From positions 1 to 42,725 of IMG/VR virus record IMGVR_UViG_2737471827_000006: a stretch of 42,725 nucleotides of DNA; one strand, given 5' to 3'. The notes beneath the pieces were generated by a model, which was not told where the DNA came from, made no database searches, and worked only from the letters and a program-made list of their open reading frames with translations. Made by a program: the position numbers and the translations under genes. This stretch comes from a virus (taxonomy: Duplodnaviria > Heunggongvirae > Uroviricota > Caudoviricetes). This document shows positions 37,974-42,725 of this stretch, piece after piece. The first letter of the stretch is position 1. Every line of letters begins with the position of its first letter.

Positions 37974-39172
37974 TGGCTCTGAACCTTGATTCTCTTGGTT
38001 TATCTGCAAAGGTAACCGCAGAGGGGATCAGTGCGCCTGATTATCAGACGATACTCAGCACCCTGATTAGCTATTTTCAGCAGATTTATGGCAGTGATGC
38101 CTACCTCGAACCGGACAGCAAAGACGGCCAGATGGTGGCTCTGATGGCGCTGGCGATTCATGATGCCAATAATATGGCGATAACTGTCTACAACTGTTTT
38201 TCACCGGCAACCGGCTATGGGGCTGCACTGACCAGCAACGTGAAAATAAATGGTATTTCACGTAAAGGCGCGACGAACTCTACGGTTGATTTGCTTCTTA
38301 CAGGAACTGCAGGAACAACCATCATTAATGGCAGCGTGAAAGACAGTAATAATGTGATATGGCGTTTGCCTGCTTCAGTGGTGGTCGGCGTGGATGGTAC
38401 AGTGATGGCGACCGCAACATGTTCCGTCAGTGGTGCAGTGGCGGCGCTGGCTGGAACTATCACTGAAATTAATACGCCAACCCGTGGCTGGGTTTCGGTA
38501 ACTAATCCTGCTGCGGCTACTGTTGGCTCTCCGGCAGAAACTGATGCTGAGTTACGTATCCGCCAGTCGCAAAGTGTTGCGTTGCCATCGATAACCCCAT
38601 TTGAAGCACTGGATGGTGCTGTTTCTAATGTTACCGGTGTAACCCGCCACAAACTCTATGAAAACGATACTGGTTCGGAGGACGGTAACGGGTTACCGCC
38701 ACACTCTGTTGCTGTAATTGTGGATGGCGGTGATGTGACGGATATTGCTCAGGCTATCAGAGGAAATAAAGGCCAGGGGACAGCCACTCACGGTACAACA
38801 TCCGTTACGGTTCCGGATAAATACGGCAATCCCCATGTAATCAAATTCTCGCGTTCCAGTGATGTGCCTGTTTATGCCCGGATTAAATTAAAAGTTTTTA
38901 CGGGTTATACCTCACAGATAGGGCAGCAGATCCAGCAGGCTATTTCCGACTATATCAATAGTCTGACGATTGGTGATTCAGTCCTTTTAAGTCGCATTTA
39001 CTCACCGGCGAATCTTGGCGTGGTGAGTGGCGGGAATGCACGCTATTACGATATTCAGGAACTGACGATTGGGAAATCCTCGGGGGCTTTGTCGTCATCA
39101 AACATTGATATCAGATACAACGAATCTGCGTCCTGTACCCCAGAAAATATCGTTATAACGGTGGAGTCATGA
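37973..39172 (+). CDS. Baseplate J-like protein
   Basis: 399 aa; position and size match baseplate J / Mu gp47 family. Confidence 0.65.
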   Translation: MALNLDSLGLSAKVTAEGISAPDYQTILSTLISYFQQIYGSDAYLEPDSKDGQMVALMALAIHDANNMAITVYNCFSPATGYGAALTSNVKINGISRKGATNSTVDLLLTGTAGTTIINGSVKDSNNVIWRLPASVVVGVDGTVMATATCSVSGAVAALAGTITEINTPTRGWVSVTNPAAATVGSPAETDAELRIRQSQSVALPSITPFEALDGAVSNVTGVTRHKLYENDTGSEDGNGLPPHSVAVIVDGGDVTDIAQAIRGNKGQGTATHGTTSVTVPDKYGNPHVIKFSRSSDVPVYARIKLKVFTGYTSQIGQQIQQAISDYINSLTIGDSVLLSRIYSPANLGVVSGGNARYYDIQELTIGKSSGALSSSNIDIRYNESASCTPENIVITVES

Positions 39173-39849
39173 GCAAATACACCGAACTAATCACGAACTA
39201 CCACGCCACCAAACCTAAATTTCTTGCGCATGTTGATCTGATGACCCGGCCACTTATTGATGTTGCGGCTGCCACCAGAGGGCTGATTACTGCATTTGAT
39301 ATTGACTCTGCGGTTGGTGTGCAACTTGACATTCTTGGATTGTGGATCGGACGCAGCCGTGTTGTCAGCCAGCCTATCTCAGGTGTCTATTTCAGCTGGG
39401 ATACCGACGGGCTTGGATATGATCAGGGTGTATGGCAGGGGCCATACGATCCTGATTCCGGATGCATGTACCTCAGCGATGAAACTTATCGTGTCATCCT
39501 TAAAGCGAAGATTGCGATTAATAACTGGGACGGACGGAATGATTCGCTTCCGGCAATTCTTGACGCGGCGACAGCAGGATCCGGACTGCGAATGCAGATA
39601 GTCGATAACCAGGACATGACGATATCGGTCTGGCTCTTTCCTGATACTGATATTTCAGATGTATCGCGTGAGTTAATTGCGGCAATTAAACAGGGATATC
39701 TCACAGTAAAAGCCGCCGGGGTTTGGGCGGGTGGCATTGAAACACCTTCGGTGGAAACTCCATCGGAAGGTTCAAAATTTTTTGGTTTTGATATGGATAA
39801 CGAATTCATCAGTGGTTTTGATGTAGGGGCATGGGGAGTATTACTCTGA
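39169..39849 (+). CDS. Tail protein (P2 gpI / Mu gp48-like)
   Basis: 226 aa following the J-like gene. Confidence 0.5.
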   Translation: MSKYTELITNYHATKPKFLAHVDLMTRPLIDVAAATRGLITAFDIDSAVGVQLDILGLWIGRSRVVSQPISGVYFSWDTDGLGYDQGVWQGPYDPDSGCMYLSDETYRVILKAKIAINNWDGRNDSLPAILDAATAGSGLRMQIVDNQDMTISVWLFPDTDISDVSRELIAAIKQGYLTVKAAGVWAGGIETPSVETPSEGSKFFGFDMDNEFISGFDVGAWGVLL

Positions 39850-40565
39850 TGGCGAAAAATGACTTTAAAGCGTTTGCAACTGATCGGAATGCCAATGTTA
39901 TGTCGCAGGAGGAATGGGAAGCGTTGCCTGCGCTTTTATCCGGATTTACAGCAGGGAAAGCATCCAGTGCGCAAGTCAATAAGGTTATTCGGCAGGCCAG
40001 CTTTATTGCTGCAGCTCTGGCCCAGTTTGTAAGTGACAAAACGCAACGGGATGTGCTTGATAATGGTGATCTGCCCGGTTTTGTTGAATTGCTGGGATCG
40101 GGGTTTGCTGTTGAATACCTGAGCCGCAAGAATCCGTTTGGCGATATCAAATCGGATGGCACGGTGAAAACGGCTCTCGAAAACCTTGGTTTAGGAGATA
40201 TCAGTGCTACAGGTGTTGCGACAGGTAGTATGGGCGAAACCGGATATGCCATATTTCCGATGATGATTGGCGGTACGCGTAAGACGCTTATTATGCAATG
40301 GGGAGTAATGACATCTCTGAGATCAGGCGGCACTATGGATATTAATCTGCCGATTGCTTTTCCTACTATGGTTATGCAGGCATATGCAACACATGATAAT
40401 GTGATACAAACCGCACGACCGACAGTATATGCAATTGCCCCAACAAGCCGAACCACTATCACTGCGACGGCGATGAGCTTACGTGCTGACTCAGTGGGTG
40501 CTGCAGTGACGCGCAGTAGTGACAGTGATTTGTGTTACGGCCGTTATCTTGCAATAGGGTACTGA
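39849..40565 (+). CDS. Tail fibre protein
   Basis: 238 aa from ATG at 39849; N-terminus MAKNDFKAFATDRNANVMSQEEWEAL is typical of tail-fibre N-termini; followed by a tail fibre assembly gene. Confidence 0.65.
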   Translation: MAKNDFKAFATDRNANVMSQEEWEALPALLSGFTAGKASSAQVNKVIRQASFIAAALAQFVSDKTQRDVLDNGDLPGFVELLGSGFAVEYLSRKNPFGDIKSDGTVKTALENLGLGDISATGVATGSMGETGYAIFPMMIGGTRKTLIMQWGVMTSLRSGGTMDINLPIAFPTMVMQAYATHDNVIQTARPTVYAIAPTSRTTITATAMSLRADSVGAAVTRSSDSDLCYGRYLAIGY

Positions 40566-40566
40566 A

Positions 40567-40972
40567 ATGAATCTGAAATATTTTTCTCCATCAGAAAATG
40601 CGTTTTATGCCGGGGAGCTTAAGGAAAGCTATATTGCTGCAGACTCATGGCCTTCTGATGCCTTGGAGGTTGACGAAAGTCTTTATCTTGAGTTTATCGA
40701 TGAGCCGCCAGCAGGTAAGTATCGTGGAGTGGATGATGCAGGTATGCCCTGCTGGCTTGAAATTCCTCCACCCACCGCAGAGGAAATGGCATCGAATGCA
40801 GAGAATATGAGACAGCAGCTCATTGATGAGGCAAATGTTTATATAAACAAACGTCAGTGGCCGGGAAAAGCAGCGATAGGCCGTTTAAAGGCGGATGAAC
40901 TGGAACGATATAACCTTTGGCTGGATTACCTGGATGCGCTGGAAGTAGTAGACACCTCCAGCGCGCCAAACA

Positions 40973-41001
<29 letters not shown>
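40567..41001 (+). CDS. Tail fibre assembly protein (Tfa)
   Basis: 144 aa; C-terminal ...[31 protein letters not shown] is the hallmark Tfa ending. Confidence 0.85.
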
Positions 41002-41376
<375 letters not shown>

Positions 41377-41567
41377 CCACTTCACACGTCGTATGCAAGA
41401 ACGTGCTGCGGCTGGCTGGCGAACTTTCGATAGTGCGAGTATTGAATGATTTCCAACTGTTGCCGATTTTACTATGTTTTCAGTAGAACACTTAGACAAA
41501 ACTGAGGCACACAAATCTTTGCACTGGATTGCAAGGCTTTGTGCTCTTCGATAGTGGTTAAGGAGGA

Positions 41568-42725
41568 TTACTCCACCTTTCCATCAAGCCAATCCGCCCA
41601 CCACTGCATCATTTCTCTGCGCTTATCGAGATACTGAGCATGGTTGTAAATTCCACGCACAGAACCGCCGTTGGCATGTGCCAGTTGCACTTCAATAGCG
41701 TCAGCAGGCCATTCGTGCTCGTTCATAATCGTGCTGAATTCATGCCTGAATCCGTGACCGCTTTCCAGACCTTCATAGCCGATTTGTTTGATCACAAGCA
41801 ATACCGCGTTCTCGCAGATTGGCTTCTTCTTATCGTTGCGCCCGGCAAAAACAAACTCTGAGACTGGTTTGGTGATTGAGCTTAGCGTAGTGAGAAGTTC
41901 AACCACCTGGTCTGACATCGGGACCACATGAATTTTGCGTCCCTTCATCACACTGGCGTCGATGGTGATAATCCTGTTTTCAAAATCGACGTTCTTCCAT
42001 AGCATGGAACGAAGCTCTTTCGTTCTTAGGGCTGTATAACGTAAAACTTTTGTCGCAATGAGCGATACGATACTTCCTGAAAATGTTGCCAGTGCTTTGT
42101 TGAATGCAGGCATCTGGTCTGCTGGAAGGAACGGGAAGTTCTTCTTGCGGTATCCTTTCATGGCGTCTGCAAGGTCAGGTGCTGGGTTATATTTAGCCCT
42201 TCCGGTGACAATAGCGTAACGAAAAACCTCGCCGCATCTTCTGCGGGCTTTGTTGGCTCGCTCCATTGCACCGCGATCTTCAAATCTGCGGATTACTTCC
42301 AGCAGTTGCATCGGCTCAATATCCTGAATCTCAAGACCGCCGATGATGGGTAAAATGTCGTCATCAAACATTTTGGCAAGTTCAGTTGCATAGCCTACTG
42401 ACCAGACTTGCTTCTTGTGCTCGTACCATTCCTTGTAAATCGCACTAAATGAATTGTTGTTAGACGAAGCCTTTTTCGCCTTTACCGGATCGATGCCAAC
42501 CGAGATGTCTTTCCTCGCAGTCCATGCCTTATCCCTTGCTTCCTGCAAAGTCATAAGCGGATATTTTCCGACAGTCAGGATTTTCTCCTTACCGTCAATC
42601 TTGTAGCGAAGCTGCCATACCTTTTTCCCGGATACAGGGACATAAAGGTACAGGCCATTACCATCGAGAAGGCGGTATGGTTTTTCTTTCGGCTTTGCTG
42701 CTTCAATCTGCTTAACGGTGAGCAT
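41568..42725 (-). CDS. Second tyrosine recombinase / integrase (P4-like family)
   Basis: 385 aa; same family as the left integrase but clearly a different sequence; start codon sits at the window edge, so upstream context is missing. Confidence 0.9.
   Translation of the reverse strand: MLTVKQIEAAKPKEKPYRLLDGNGLYLYVPVSGKKVWQLRYKIDGKEKILTVGKYPLMTLQEARDKAWTARKDISVGIDPVKAKKASSNNNSFSAIYKEWYEHKKQVWSVGYATELAKMFDDDILPIIGGLEIQDIEPMQLLEVIRRFEDRGAMERANKARRRCGEVFRYAIVTGRAKYNPAPDLADAMKGYRKKNFPFLPADQMPAFNKALATFSGSIVSLIATKVLRYTALRTKELRSMLWKNVDFENRIITIDASVMKGRKIHVVPMSDQVVELLTTLSSITKPVSEFVFAGRNDKKKPICENAVLLVIKQIGYEGLESGHGFRHEFSTIMNEHEWPADAIEVQLAHANGGSVRGIYNHAQYLDKRREMMQWWADWLDGKVE

Overview
The window is almost entirely one lambdoid prophage (about 1 to 41.4 kb) with a mosaic architecture, followed by an IS3-family fragment and a second integrase from a neighbouring element. 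All family assignments are from reading the translations and recalled reference sequences; no database search or computation was run, and coordinates of non-ORF features are approximate (+/- 2 nt). The layout left to right is: P4-type integrase and AlpA-like excisionase; a minus-strand early-left operon (ASCH protein, unknowns, SSB-like protein, Sak4-like ATPase, kil, cIII, an AT-rich accessory gene, lambda-like N with nutL); a non-lambda immunity region (cI, cro, operators) with a ClpP/SDH-like serine protease where lambda carries rexAB; nutR and cII; a replication module with ori iterons inside the initiator gene and a DnaB-like helicase; a lambda-like nin region in which ninB is interrupted by an HNH-AP2 endonuclease gene; a 933W/21-type Q; lambda-like S-R-Rz/Rz1 lysis genes; then terminase, portal, head genes and a contractile-tail/baseplate module of Mu/SfV type. 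The two strongest candidates for an undescribed accessory system are (1) the serine protease plus overlapping small ORF at the rex locus and (2) a three-gene, lower-GC cassette (one secreted protein plus a two-gene operon with its own promoter and terminator) inserted between baseplate genes. No att site, tRNA, CRISPR array or cos site was identified.
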